From positions 1-43,080 of the forward strand of contig JBGQHJ010000023.1 of NCBI GenBank assembly GCA_041497895.1: 43,080 nucleotides of DNA, written 5' to 3'. The notes under the pieces were generated by a model. It was not told the origin of the DNA and ran no database searches. It was given only the letters and a program-made list of their open reading frames with translations. Shown in pieces: positions 9,207 to 20,198 of the stretch. The translations under genes were made by a program, and so were the position numbers. The stretch's first letter is position 1. Each line of letters opens with the position of its first letter. Source of the stretch: Candidatus Methylomirabilia bacterium. GTDB taxonomy: Bacteria; Methylomirabilota; Methylomirabilia; Rokubacteriales; CSP1-6.

Positions 9207-10070
9207 TCAGGGCTCGAACGCGCGCTCGGGCCACCACGGGTAGAAGGGCGGCATGTCGACGCTGGGGCGCAGGGTGAACCGGGCGGGGCGCTTCTCGAGG
9301 AACGCGGTCACGCCCTCGTAGGCGTCGGCCGAGCGGCCCGTCCAGTCCATGCACCTCGAGTCCAGCCGGTGCGCCTCCATCGGATGGTCCGCGCCGAGCA
9401 GCCGCCACATGAGCTGGCGCGACAGGGCCACCGAGATCGCCGAGGTGTTCCGCGCGATCTCCCGCGCCAGCTCGCGCGCCACCGGCAGGAGCTGCTCGGG
9501 CGCGACCACCCGGCTGACGAGCCGCCCCGCGAGCGCCTCGTCGGCCGGGAACACGCGACCGGTGTAGACCCACTCCGCGGCCTGGCTCGGCCCGACGAGG
9601 CGAGGCAAGAACCAGGTGCTGCACGCCTCGGGCACCACCCCGCGGCGGGCGAACACGAAGCCGATGCGCGCGGCGGTCGAGGCGATGCGGATGTCCATCG
9701 GCAACGTCATCGTGATGCCGAAGCCCACCGCGGGGCCGTTGATGGCGGCGATCAGGGGCTTCTTCATGTCGAAGATGCGCAGGGTCACGCGGCCACCGCC
9801 GTCCTCGTGCTCCCCCGGCCCCTCGCCGCGGGCCCGGGCCACGCGGTCGAAGGTCTTGCCTCCGCCCGAGAGATCGGCCCCCGCGCAGAACGCGCGGCCG
9901 GCTCCGGTCACGATCAGCACCCGCACCGCGTCGTCGGCGTCGGCCTGGTCCAGCACCGCGAGCAGCTCGTCGAGCATGACCGTGTTGAGCGCGTTGAGCT
10001 TGTCCGGCCGGTCGAGCGTCACGGTGCCGACGCCGTCGGCGACCTCGAAGCGGATGGTCTCGAAGGCCAC
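9207..10070 (-). CDS. Enoyl-CoA hydratase/isomerase (crotonase) family
   Basis: GTG 10070 (VAFETIRFEV); LDRPDKLNA, FCAGADL, AAINGPAVGFG, RRGVVPE. Confidence 0.92.
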   Translation of the reverse strand: MAFETIRFEVADGVGTVTLDRPDKLNALNTVMLDELLAVLDQADADDAVRVLIVTGAGRAFCAGADLSGGGKTFDRVARARGEGPGEHEDGGGRVTLRIFDMKKPLIAAINGPAVGFGITMTLPMDIRIASTAARIGFVFARRGVVPEACSTWFLPRLVGPSQAAEWVYTGRVFPADEALAGRLVSRVVAPEQLLPVARELAREIARNTSAISVALSRQLMWRLLGADHPMEAHRLDSRCMDWTGRSADAYEGVTAFLEKRPARFTLRPSVDMPPFYPWWPERAFEP

Positions 10071-10075
10071 GGCGG

Positions 10076-11525
<1,450 letters not shown>

Positions 11526-11533
<8 letters not shown>

Positions 11534-12830
11534 GCTCGAGCTTCCGGATCGGCAGGGCCATCGTGAAGGTGGCCCCCGCGCCGGGGGCGCTGCTCCAGCG
11601 AATCTTGCCGCCGTGCTCCTCGACGATCTGGCGCGAGATGGAGAGGCCGAGCCCGGTGCCCTGCGGCTTGGTGGTGAAGAACTGCTCGAACAGGCGCCGG
11701 CCGACCTCGGGCGAGATCCCGGCCCCGCTGTCGGTCACCGCGATCTCTACCGTCTCGGCCACGTGAGACGTGGTGAGGGTCAGCGTGCCACCCTGGGACG
11801 CGGCCTCGAGCCCGTTCTTCACGAGGTTCAGGACCGCCTGGCGCAGCAGCGTCCGGTCGAACTCCATCGGCGGCACGGTGGCGTCGGTGGCCACCTTCAC
11901 CGTGATCCCCTGGCGGGCGGCGAGGGGGCGCACGAACTCGGCGACCGCGCTGACCATGTCGTTGACCGAGTCCTCCTCGAACTGCGGGCGCGGGAAGCGC
12001 GCGAAGGCCAGGTACTCCTCGGTCAGCGCGTCGAGGGCCGCGACCTGATCGCGGATCGCGGTGACGAGCGCGGTGGCCTCGGTCCCGTCCTCGCTCACCC
12101 GCCCCTGCACCATGTCGCCCAGCAGCTCCGCGTTCAGCTCGATCGCCGCGATGGGGTTGCGCACCTCGTGGGCGACCTTGAGGGAGAGCCGGCCGACGGT
12201 GGCCATCCGCTCCGCCTCGACGAGCTCCTCCTGCGCGGCCTGCAGCCGCGTGAGCGTCCCGGTCACCTCCGCGTTGAGCCGCTCGACCTCGGCCCGGGCG
12301 CGCCGCTCGCGATCGGCCACGTGGCCGAGCGCGAACGCGGGCAGCCCGAGCTGCCCCATGACGATGGCGACCGCGGTCCACGCCACGTCCGGGGGCGCCA
12401 GGTACGCCGCGGTCCAGTAGAGCATCCCGGCCACGACGGTCAGCAGCAGGCCGACCCAGCGGCCGAAGTAGTAGGCGTTGACCGCCACGAGGGGGAAGAA
12501 GAGGTTCACGAACGGACTGTCGCCGCCCCCGGTGAGGTACAGGAGCAGGAAGACCAGCATCAGGTCGACGCAGAGCGCGGCGGTGAAGATCCGGCGCGTG
12601 GCCCCCGGATTCACGGTCACCAGCGCGAGGATGCCGGCCTTGTAGAGCGCGAACCAGAGAACGAGCGCGTAGACGTCGACGCGATGGCGCGGGCGCAGCG
12701 GGACCAGGCCGAGGGCGGCGAGGCCGCCCACCATCACGAAGGCCAGCAGGACCGCGAAGAGGCGCTCGTCACGCTCGAACACCCGGAGGGGCGCGGCCCA
12801 GCGGGTGCGGGTGGGGGCAGTCACCGCCAT
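11526..12830 (-). CDS. Membrane sensor histidine kinase, cognate of the sigma54 regulator
   Basis: N-terminal TM helices, AHEVRNP, NLVKNG, DSGAG, FFTTKPQGTGLGL. ATG 12830 lies 10 nt after a -10 box. Confidence 0.93.
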
Positions 12831-12840
12831 GACGGGGGAC

Positions 12841-12868
12841 ACACTATCACGCGTCGCCAGAGGGTCAA
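12841..12868 (-). promoter_or_regulatory. sigma70-type promoter for the kinase-regulator-crotonase-MFS unit
   Basis: TTGACC, 16 nt, TAGTGT with extended TG, 10 nt, ATG 12830. Confidence 0.5.
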
Positions 12869-14340
12869 GCGGGGCGGGCCGGCGCCGGGGCGGGCTCCTC
12901 GGCCGCGACGGGCCCCGCCTCCTCGCGCCGCAGCAACGGCAGGGCGAGCAGCGGGAGCAGGCCGATCGCCCCCACCGCGATCAGGAGATGCCCGAGGCCC
13001 GAGTAGTCTTGCTGGCTGACGCCGAAGACGACGTTGAGGTAGCGGGTGCCGAGCTCGCTGGCCGACAGGGCCAGGTTCATGAGCGAGGCCATGATCGCGA
13101 ACATGGTGGCCTCCGCGCCGCGCGGCGCGGTGCGCGCGATGAGGGCGAGCATCGGCACCATGCTGAGCTGGCCGAGCGGGGCCGAGATCGTGGTGTCGAT
13201 GAACGCGAACATGCGCGGGCTCAGCCCGAACCACTCGTTGACGCCGTAGAAGAGCCCGATGGTCGGCAGGTAGAGCACCGCGCCCGCGACCGTGACCCAG
13301 AACAGGGTGTAGCTCACCGGGCGGTGGGTGATCGGCTTGCGGAACACGATGAGGCCCGCCAGGCTCAGCATCGAGCTCACCTGCGCGAGGATGCCGAGGA
13401 ACTCCTGATCGAACCCGAGGCGATCGATGGCCCAGTAGTTGAAGCCCTGCCCCGCCCCGGGCACCGCGCGGAAGCAGAAGATCGCGAAGGCGGCGACCGC
13501 GACCCCGCGGGAGATCCCGACCCGCCGGAGGAGCAGGACGATGATCGTGGCCGAGACGGTCAGGATGATCTCCTGGCCGAACGGCACCGACAGCGTCTCC
13601 AGCACGACCCCGAGCGCGGCGTAGCCGAGCCCGCCGAGCACCACGAGACGCGAGTTGCCCGCCCCGAGCGGATTGGTGGGGTCGTCCGGGGCGGGCCGTG
13701 CCGCGCGCTCGCGCGGGATGAGCCACGCCGCGATCACCACCAGCAGCGGAAGGATCAGCGCGATCGCGAAGACGGTCCGCGCGCCGACCGTGCCGGCGAG
13801 CCAGCCGCTCAGGTACCCCACGCTGATGGTGCCGACGAGCAGCGCCATGCGGCCAAGGGCCTGGACCTGCTTCATCTCCTCCTCGGAGCGGGCCACCTCC
13901 ACGCTCAGCGCGTCGGCGACCACGTCCTGGATCATGAAGCCCACCGCGATGATGACCATCGCGGCCAGATAGGTGCCCTTCGTGGAAGCGGTGGTGGCGA
14001 GCCACGCGTAGCCCACGAAGGTGGCCAGCGCGCCGAGCACGAGATACGCGAAGCGGCGGCTGCCGAGGATGGGGTGCACGTCGGACGCCACCCCCGCCAC
14101 CATCTTGGTGCTCCACGGCAGGGCCACCCAGAAGGCGATGCCGGCCGCCTCGGCGGGCGTGATGCCGAGCACGTCCTTCTGGAAGTAGAGGACCGCGATG
14201 GCGGTGATGCCGCTCGCCCCGTAGCAGAAATAGGTCACGAGCACCGGCAGGTAGGCCAGCCGCACGCCGCCCAGGAGCCCGCGGACCAGCCTCCGGGGCG
14301 CGGGCGGCGCGGGGGGCGCCGTCTCGATCGGTTCGGCCAT
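12865..14340 (-). CDS. Folate/biopterin transporter (BT1)-like MFS protein
   Basis: LPWSTKMVAGVASDVHPILGSRR, QDVVADALSVE, APRGAEATMFAIMASLMNL; about 12 TM segments. Confidence 0.82.
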   Translation of the reverse strand: MAEPIETAPPAPPAPRRLVRGLLGGVRLAYLPVLVTYFCYGASGITAIAVLYFQKDVLGITPAEAAGIAFWVALPWSTKMVAGVASDVHPILGSRRFAYLVLGALATFVGYAWLATTASTKGTYLAAMVIIAVGFMIQDVVADALSVEVARSEEEMKQVQALGRMALLVGTISVGYLSGWLAGTVGARTVFAIALILPLLVVIAAWLIPRERAARPAPDDPTNPLGAGNSRLVVLGGLGYAALGVVLETLSVPFGQEIILTVSATIIVLLLRRVGISRGVAVAAFAIFCFRAVPGAGQGFNYWAIDRLGFDQEFLGILAQVSSMLSLAGLIVFRKPITHRPVSYTLFWVTVAGAVLYLPTIGLFYGVNEWFGLSPRMFAFIDTTISAPLGQLSMVPMLALIARTAPRGAEATMFAIMASLMNLALSASELGTRYLNVVFGVSQQDYSGLGHLLIAVGAIGLLPLLALPLLRREEAGPVAAEEPAPAPARPA

Positions 14341-14372
14341 CAGCAGCAGTGTAGCCTACCCGAGGCCGACGC

Positions 14373-14401
14373 TTGACGCGGGCTCCCGGCGCCGTTACCG
14401 T
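14373..14401 (+). promoter_or_regulatory. sigma70-type leaderless promoter
   Basis: TTGACG (14373-14378), 17 nt, TACCGT (14396-14401), 7 nt, ATG 14409. Confidence 0.6.
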
Positions 14402-14408
14402 CGGCGGC

Positions 14409-15089
14409 ATGACGATGGCCGGTGAGGGTGTGCTCGCGTTCTGGCACGACGTCGCCCCCGGAGGGGACGGCGAGTTCGATCAGTGGCACCTGCGCGAGCA
14501 CATCCCGGAGCGGCTCGCGGTGCCCGGCTTCCTCCGGGCGCGGCGCTACGCGACGCTCGGCGGCCCGCCCAGGTACTTTTACTTCTACGAGACCGTGTCG
14601 CTGGACACGCTGCAGAGCCCCGCCTACCTGGCCCGCCTGGCCGACCCGACCCCGTGGACCCGCCGGAGCATGCCGCTGGTGCGCAACAACATCCGCACCG
14701 CGTGCCGGGTCGTGGCCACGTGGGGCTCGGCCCTGGGTGGGGTGGTCGCCACGCTGCAGCTCGGCCCCCGCCCCGGCCACGAGGAAGAGCTGCGCTCGTG
14801 GCTCGTCACCACCGCGCTGCCCGCGGCGGCCGAGCATCCCGGGATCGTGGCGAGCCATCTCCTCGAGGGGGACGCGGGGGTCAGCACCGCGGCCAAGAGC
14901 GACGAAAAGAAGCTCCTGGCGACGCCGGACGCGCTGGTGCGCTGGGTGGTGCTCGTCGAGGGCATCGACGCGGCCGCCATCGAGGGGACGTGCCGCGACC
15001 TGCTGAGCGCCGAGGCCCTCGCCCGACGCGGCGCCGCGGATTCGGTGACCCTCGGCCAGTACCGGCTGCAGCTGGTGCTCGGCGGGTAA
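14409..15089 (+). CDS. Dimeric alpha/beta-barrel (EthD/DUF4286-like) hypothetical protein
   Basis: EFDQWHLREHIPERLAVPGFLRARRY...YFYFYE...AYLARLADPTPWTRR pattern. Confidence 0.72.
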   Translation: MTMAGEGVLAFWHDVAPGGDGEFDQWHLREHIPERLAVPGFLRARRYATLGGPPRYFYFYETVSLDTLQSPAYLARLADPTPWTRRSMPLVRNNIRTACRVVATWGSALGGVVATLQLGPRPGHEEELRSWLVTTALPAAAEHPGIVASHLLEGDAGVSTAAKSDEKKLLATPDALVRWVVLVEGIDAAAIEGTCRDLLSAEALARRGAADSVTLGQYRLQLVLGG

Positions 15090-15104
15090 GCTCCGCGGCG
15101 GGGC

Positions 15105-16511
15105 TCAGGCCAGATCGGGCTCGCGCGTGTGCCAGTCGGTCGCGCGCTGGTAGGCGTGGCCCAGGCGCAGCACGGTCGCCTCGTCGAACGGGCGACCGAC
15201 CAGCTGGAACGCGAGCGGCAGGCCGCCGGTCGAGAACCCGCACGGCAGACTCAGTGCGGGAAGGCCGAGCCCGTTGAAGGGACGCGTGAGCCGCGAGAAG
15301 CGCCCCTGCCGCTCCACGATCTCCTCGAGCGTGCCCTCGAGCGCGGCGCGTAGCGGCGGCGCGGGCTCGGGGATCACCGGCGCCGCCAGCACGTCCACCT
15401 CGCTCCACACCTCCCGGGCGAACGTGCGAGCCATACGGGCGCGCAGCCGCAGCGCCTGCAGGTAGTCGTAGGCGGGCACGCTCAGGCCCAGCTCGAGCCG
15501 GGCGCGGGTGAAGGGGCCGAGCTCGTGTGGCCGGTCGCGGAGCAGGCCGCCGTGGATCGCGGTCGACTCGCTGCGGGAGACCAGGCCGGTGATGTCGTTG
15601 AGCACCTGGGGGTCGGGCAGGCGGATCTCCTCGACGCGCGCGCCGAGGGTGGCGAGGACGGCGACGGCCTGGCGCACCGCGGCCTCCATCTCGGCGTCGA
15701 GCCGCTGGAAGAAGAAGTTCCGCGGCACCCCGACCCGCAGACCCCGCACCGGGGCGTCGAGGGCCGCCACGTAGTCGTCCACCGGATGAGCGCTCGCGGT
15801 CGCGTCGAGCGGATCGGGCCCGGCCACGACCTGGAGCATCAGCGCGCAGTCGTGCGCGGTGCGGGCCATCGGGCCGAGATGATCGTTCGACCAGGACAGC
15901 GCCATGGCGCCGGCGCGGCTCACCCGGCCGTAGGTCGGCTTGAGCCCGGTGATGCCGCAGGCGGCGGCGGGCAGGCGAATGGAGCCGCCGGTGTCGGTTC
16001 CGATGGCGCCCAGCGCGAGCCCCGCCGCCACCGCCACGCCCGACCCGCTCGACGAGCCGCCCGGGCAATGCTCGACCGCCCAGGGATTGCGCGCGTGCCC
16101 GTGATGCGGGTTGTCGCCCAGCGCGCCCATCGCCAGCTCGGTCATGTTGAGCTTGCCGAGGCAGACCGCCCCGGCGGCGAGGAGCCGGCTCGCCGCGGTG
16201 CACTCCGGCTCCGCCGCGAAGTAGTCCGCGGTCCGGGTGCCGCAGGAGGTCGGCAGGCCGCGGATGACGCAGAGGTCCTTGAACGCGAGCGGCACGCCGT
16301 GGAGCGCGCCCCGCCACTGCCCCCGCCCCGCCTCGTCCTCGAGGCGGCGGGCCGCGACGAGGGCACGGTCGGCGTCCACCGTGATGAAGGCGCGAAGCCG
16401 GCCGTCGAGCCGCGTGATCCGGTCGAGGCAGCGGCGCGTGACCTCGACCGGGGAGACCTTGCCCTGCCGGATCGCCGCCGCGGTTGCGGCCAGGCTCGGG
16501 GAGTCGGGCAC
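15105..16511 (-). CDS. Amidase signature family enzyme (GatA/AtzE-like)
   Basis: LHGVPLAFKD, GKLNMTE, GGSSSGS, GTDTGGSIRLPA (Lys-Ser-Ser triad). Confidence 0.95.
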   Translation of the reverse strand: MPDSPSLAATAAAIRQGKVSPVEVTRRCLDRITRLDGRLRAFITVDADRALVAARRLEDEAGRGQWRGALHGVPLAFKDLCVIRGLPTSCGTRTADYFAAEPECTAASRLLAAGAVCLGKLNMTELAMGALGDNPHHGHARNPWAVEHCPGGSSSGSGVAVAAGLALGAIGTDTGGSIRLPAAACGITGLKPTYGRVSRAGAMALSWSNDHLGPMARTAHDCALMLQVVAGPDPLDATASAHPVDDYVAALDAPVRGLRVGVPRNFFFQRLDAEMEAAVRQAVAVLATLGARVEEIRLPDPQVLNDITGLVSRSESTAIHGGLLRDRPHELGPFTRARLELGLSVPAYDYLQALRLRARMARTFAREVWSEVDVLAAPVIPEPAPPLRAALEGTLEEIVERQGRFSRLTRPFNGLGLPALSLPCGFSTGGLPLAFQLVGRPFDEATVLRLGHAYQRATDWHTREPDLA

Positions 16512-16524
16512 GCGCCGCGCCGGT

Positions 16525-16701
16525 CTAGCCGGAGGTACCCGGGGAGCCCGCCGCCCCGCTAGCGCCCGCGGCGGGCGCCCCCTCCTCCAGGGCCGCCGTG
16601 AAACGCGCGGGCTCCTCGGCCAGGGAGAGCTCGCCGGCCAGCCGCTCGATCACGCCCAGGAGCGCGGCCAGCTCCGCCTGCTGAAACTTGTTCTCGCTCA
16701 T
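16525..16701 (-). CDS. 58-aa small protein upstream of the amidase, probable AtzG/GatC-like partner; absent from the ORF track
   Basis: MSENKFQQAELAALLGVIERLAGELSLAEEPARFTAALEEGAPAAGASGAAGSPGTSG*. TATGCT -10 box 6 nt before the ATG; stop 13 nt before the amidase GTG. Confidence 0.7.
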   Translation of the reverse strand: MSENKFQQAELAALLGVIERLAGELSLAEEPARFTAALEEGAPAAGASGAAGSPGTSG

Positions 16702-16837
16702 GGCGGAAGCATACTACGGCAACGCGAGTACAATCCTTGACAACACGCTGCCGGTGAGGGTACTGAGCCTCCAGCGGTCCACATCGGGAACCGCGAGCCA
16801 TGCCGGCTGGTTACCCGGTCTCAGAAAGGGGAACACT

Positions 16838-18391
16838 ATGCGGAGGACGCAGCTTGGATCGTGGGTCGTGCTCGGGTTCGCCGTCCTGGCGCTGACGACG
16901 GCGGCCCCGGCCCAGGCCCAGAAGAAGACCCTCGTGGTGGCGCTCAACCAGGATCCGGACCTCCTGGACCCGACGCTCTCGCGCACCTACGTCGGCCGGA
17001 TCATCTTCGAGCACATGTGCGAGAAGCTCTACGAGCTCGACGAGAACCTCCGCATCTTCCCGCAGCTCGCGGCCGGGATGCCCACGATGTCCGACGGGGG
17101 CAAGACCGTGACCATCAAGCTGCGGAGCGGCGTGAAGTTCAACGACGGCACCCCGATGACCGCGGAGGCGGTGAAGTTCTCGCTGGACCGTCATCGCGAG
17201 ATGAAGGGCTCGAACCGGCGCAGCGAGCTCGACTCGGTCAACACCGTCGAGGTGGTCGATCCCGTCACGGTGCGCCTTCGCCTGAAGGCCCCCTTCTCGC
17301 CGCTCGTGGCCACGCTCGCCGACCGGTCGGGCATGCCGGTCTCGCCCGCGGCGGTCAACAAGCTGGGCGACAAGTTCGCCACCGCGCCGGTGTGCGTGGG
17401 GCCGTGGTCCTTCGTCGAGCGCGTGCCGCAGGACCGGATCGTGCTGGAGAAGTCCAAGTACTACTTCGACCCCGGCCAGGCCCACTTCGACCGGCTCGTG
17501 TTCCGCATCATCCCCGACGACAACGTGCGCCTCGCCAACCTGCGCTCGGGCGACATCGACTTCATGCACCTGGTGGCCCCCACCGACTCGCTCAACCTCA
17601 AGAAGGAGGGGCGGTTCGAGGTCTCGAGCGTCACCGGGATCGCCTATACCGGGGTCACGATCAACCTCCGTAACAAGACCGGCAAGACCCAGCCCGCGGG
17701 CGACCTGGGCACGCCGCTCGCCAACGACCCCCGGGTGCGCGAGGCCTTCGAGCTGAGCCTCGATCGGGAGGCCCTCAACCAGGTTGCGTGGGACGGACAG
17801 TACACGCCGGGCTGCACCCCGATCTCGCCGGTGAGCCCGTTCCACGACAAGACCCGCAAGTGTCCTGGCCGCGACCTGGCGAAGGCGAAGCAGCTGCTCG
17901 CCGCAGCCGGCCTGCCGAACGGCTATGCCTTCGAGCTCACCATCGTGAACGACCCGCAGCAGCGCCGCTTCGGCGAGGTGATCCAGGGCATGGCTCGCGA
18001 GGCCGGATTCAACATCACGCTGCGCCCGAGCGAGTTCGCCTCCGCGCTGACCGACGACGACAACGGCAAGCTCCAGGCCTTCGCCATCGGCTGGAGCGGG
18101 CGGGTGGACCCGGACGGCAACATCCACCAGTTCCACACGTGCGGCGGCAGCCTCAACACCACCCACGTCTGCGACGAGGCGGTCGACGCGCTGCTGAACA
18201 AGGCACGCGAGGTGAGCGACCAGGGGGAGCGCGCGAAGCTCTACCGCGAGGCGATCGACAAGATCAACGCGCGCCGCAACGTCATCTACCTCTACCACGC
18301 GAACTACATCGCGGCGTACCCGAAGAACCTGAAGGGGTACAAGGCGGTGCCGGACGGGCTGATCCGGATCAAGGGGGTGTCCTGGAACTAG
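16838..18391 (+). CDS. ABC transporter substrate-binding protein, family 5 (Dpp/Opp/Nik)
   Basis: Signal peptide ending AQA, LDPT, LRSGVKFNDGTPMTAEAVKFS, NDPRVREA; purine-rich RBS before ATG 16838. Confidence 0.95.
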   Translation: MRRTQLGSWVVLGFAVLALTTAAPAQAQKKTLVVALNQDPDLLDPTLSRTYVGRIIFEHMCEKLYELDENLRIFPQLAAGMPTMSDGGKTVTIKLRSGVKFNDGTPMTAEAVKFSLDRHREMKGSNRRSELDSVNTVEVVDPVTVRLRLKAPFSPLVATLADRSGMPVSPAAVNKLGDKFATAPVCVGPWSFVERVPQDRIVLEKSKYYFDPGQAHFDRLVFRIIPDDNVRLANLRSGDIDFMHLVAPTDSLNLKKEGRFEVSSVTGIAYTGVTINLRNKTGKTQPAGDLGTPLANDPRVREAFELSLDREALNQVAWDGQYTPGCTPISPVSPFHDKTRKCPGRDLAKAKQLLAAAGLPNGYAFELTIVNDPQQRRFGEVIQGMAREAGFNITLRPSEFASALTDDDNGKLQAFAIGWSGRVDPDGNIHQFHTCGGSLNTTHVCDEAVDALLNKAREVSDQGERAKLYREAIDKINARRNVIYLYHANYIAAYPKNLKGYKAVPDGLIRIKGVSWN

Positions 18392-18400
18392 CCGGTCCCG

Positions 18401-19363
18401 GTGCTCGACTTCCTGGTCCGGCGGGTCGCGATCTCGATCGTGACCCTGTTCGTGATCAGCCTGATCGTCTTCACCGGAGTCCGGATGATCCCCGGCGACC
18501 CGGCCCGCGTCATGGGCGGCACCGACGCCGACGCGGCCGGGCTCGCCGAGATCCGGCAGAAGTACGGCCTCGACGCGCCGATCGCGGTCCAGTACCTCCG
18601 CTGGGTCGGCCTCGCGCTGCGGGGTGATCTCGGCGAGTCCATCCGCACCCGCGAATCGGTGGTGTGGACGGTGGCCCGCAAGCTGCCGATCACGATGGAG
18701 CTGGCCGGCCTGTCGCTGCTGGTCGCGCTCGGCATCGCCATCCCCGCCGGCGTCTTCTCCGCGGTCCGCCGCAACTCGGTGTGGGATTTCGTCGTCAACG
18801 CGGTCTCCCTCTGCGGCCTCTCGGTGCCGAGCTTCTGGCTCGGCCTCATGCTGATCCTGCTCCTGTCGGTGCGCCTGCACTGGCTGCCCGCCTCGGGCTT
18901 CGTACCGCCGTGGGAGGACCTGGGGGCGAACCTCCGGCGCATGCTGATGCCCGCCTTCGTGCTGGGGGCCGGCCTCGCCGCGGTGCTGATGCGACAGACC
19001 CGCAACAGCATGATCGAGATCCTGAGCGCCGACTACATCCGCACCGCGTGGAGCAAGGGGCTGGCCGGCCGCGCGGTCATCTTCCGCCACGCCTTCCGCA
19101 ACGGCCTGATCCCGGTGGTCACGATCCTGGGCCTGCAGACCGGCGCCCTGATGGGCGGCGCGGTGGTCACCGAGCAGATCTTCGTGGTGCCCGGCTTCGG
19201 ACGCCTGATCGTGGAGTCGGTGTTCACCCGCGACTACCCGCTCGTGCAGGGCGTGGTGCTGATCACCGCCAGCACCTACGTCCTGGTCAACCTGCTGGTC
19301 GACCTCTCCTACTCCCTGCTCAACCCGCGCATCCGCATCGGAGGGGCGACCGGTGGCGGCTGA
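18401..19363 (+). CDS. ABC transporter permease (DppB/OppB-like)
   Basis: PGDPA, GLDAP..VQY, GDLGES, DYIRTAWSKGL (EAA-like), RDYPLVQG. Confidence 0.95.
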   Translation: MLDFLVRRVAISIVTLFVISLIVFTGVRMIPGDPARVMGGTDADAAGLAEIRQKYGLDAPIAVQYLRWVGLALRGDLGESIRTRESVVWTVARKLPITMELAGLSLLVALGIAIPAGVFSAVRRNSVWDFVVNAVSLCGLSVPSFWLGLMLILLLSVRLHWLPASGFVPPWEDLGANLRRMLMPAFVLGAGLAAVLMRQTRNSMIEILSADYIRTAWSKGLAGRAVIFRHAFRNGLIPVVTILGLQTGALMGGAVVTEQIFVVPGFGRLIVESVFTRDYPLVQGVVLITASTYVLVNLLVDLSYSLLNPRIRIGGATGGG

Positions 19364-20198
19364 GCGGCGAGGGCGGCTCTGGCGACGGCTGTGGCGACGG
19401 CCTCCCGCGGTGGTGGGCGCGGCGGTGGTGCTCTTCTTCGTGGCCCTCGCGCTCGGCGCCCCGTGGATTGCCCCCGCCGACCCGCAGCGCTCCGACTACG
19501 GGAAGATCCGCAAGCCGCCGACCACGGCGAATCCGTTCGGCACCGACGACCTCGGCCGGGACAACCTCTCCCGCGTGGTCTGGGGCACCCGGATCTCGAT
19601 GCAGGCGGGCGTGTTCTCGATCCTGCTCGCGATCGCGATCGGGGTGCCCGCCGGCCTCGTGGCCGGCTACCGCAGCGGCGGCGTCACCGATCAGCTCATC
19701 ATGCGGCTGACCGACGCCTGGCTCGCGTTTCCGTTCCTCATCCTCGCCATCGGGCTCGTCACCATCATGGGCGCCTCGCTCACCAACGCCACGGTGGCGA
19801 TCGGCCTCGCGGCCACGCCCACCTACATCCGGCTCACCCGGGGGCTCGTGCTCGGGACCCGCGAGGAGGAGTACGTGCAGGCGGCGCAGGCCCTCGGCGC
19901 GGGCGGGCTGCGGACGATCCTCCGCCACATCCTGCCCAACATCGTGAGCGCGCTCCTCGTGCAGGCCACCGTGTCGATCCCCGGTGCCATCATCGCGGAG
20001 GCCATCCTGTCCTTCCTGGGCCTGGGCGTGCAGCCCCCGACGCCGAGCTGGGGCACCATGCTCAACACCGCCCAGCAGTTCCTCGAGACCGCGCCCTGGA
20101 TGGCCTGGTGGCCCGGCCTCGCGATCTTCTCGCTGACGCTGTCGTTCAACCTGGCCGGCGACGGCCTCCGCGACCTGCTCGACCCCAGAGACTACTAG
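19353..20198 (+). CDS. ABC transporter permease (DppC/OppC-like)
   Basis: FGTDDLGRD, EYVQAAQALGA, HILPN, LSFLGLGVQPPTPSWG, GDGLRDLLDPR. Confidence 0.95.
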   Translation: MAAERRGRLWRRLWRRPPAVVGAAVVLFFVALALGAPWIAPADPQRSDYGKIRKPPTTANPFGTDDLGRDNLSRVVWGTRISMQAGVFSILLAIAIGVPAGLVAGYRSGGVTDQLIMRLTDAWLAFPFLILAIGLVTIMGASLTNATVAIGLAATPTYIRLTRGLVLGTREEEYVQAAQALGAGGLRTILRHILPNIVSALLVQATVSIPGAIIAEAILSFLGLGVQPPTPSWGTMLNTAQQFLETAPWMAWWPGLAIFSLTLSFNLAGDGLRDLLDPRDY

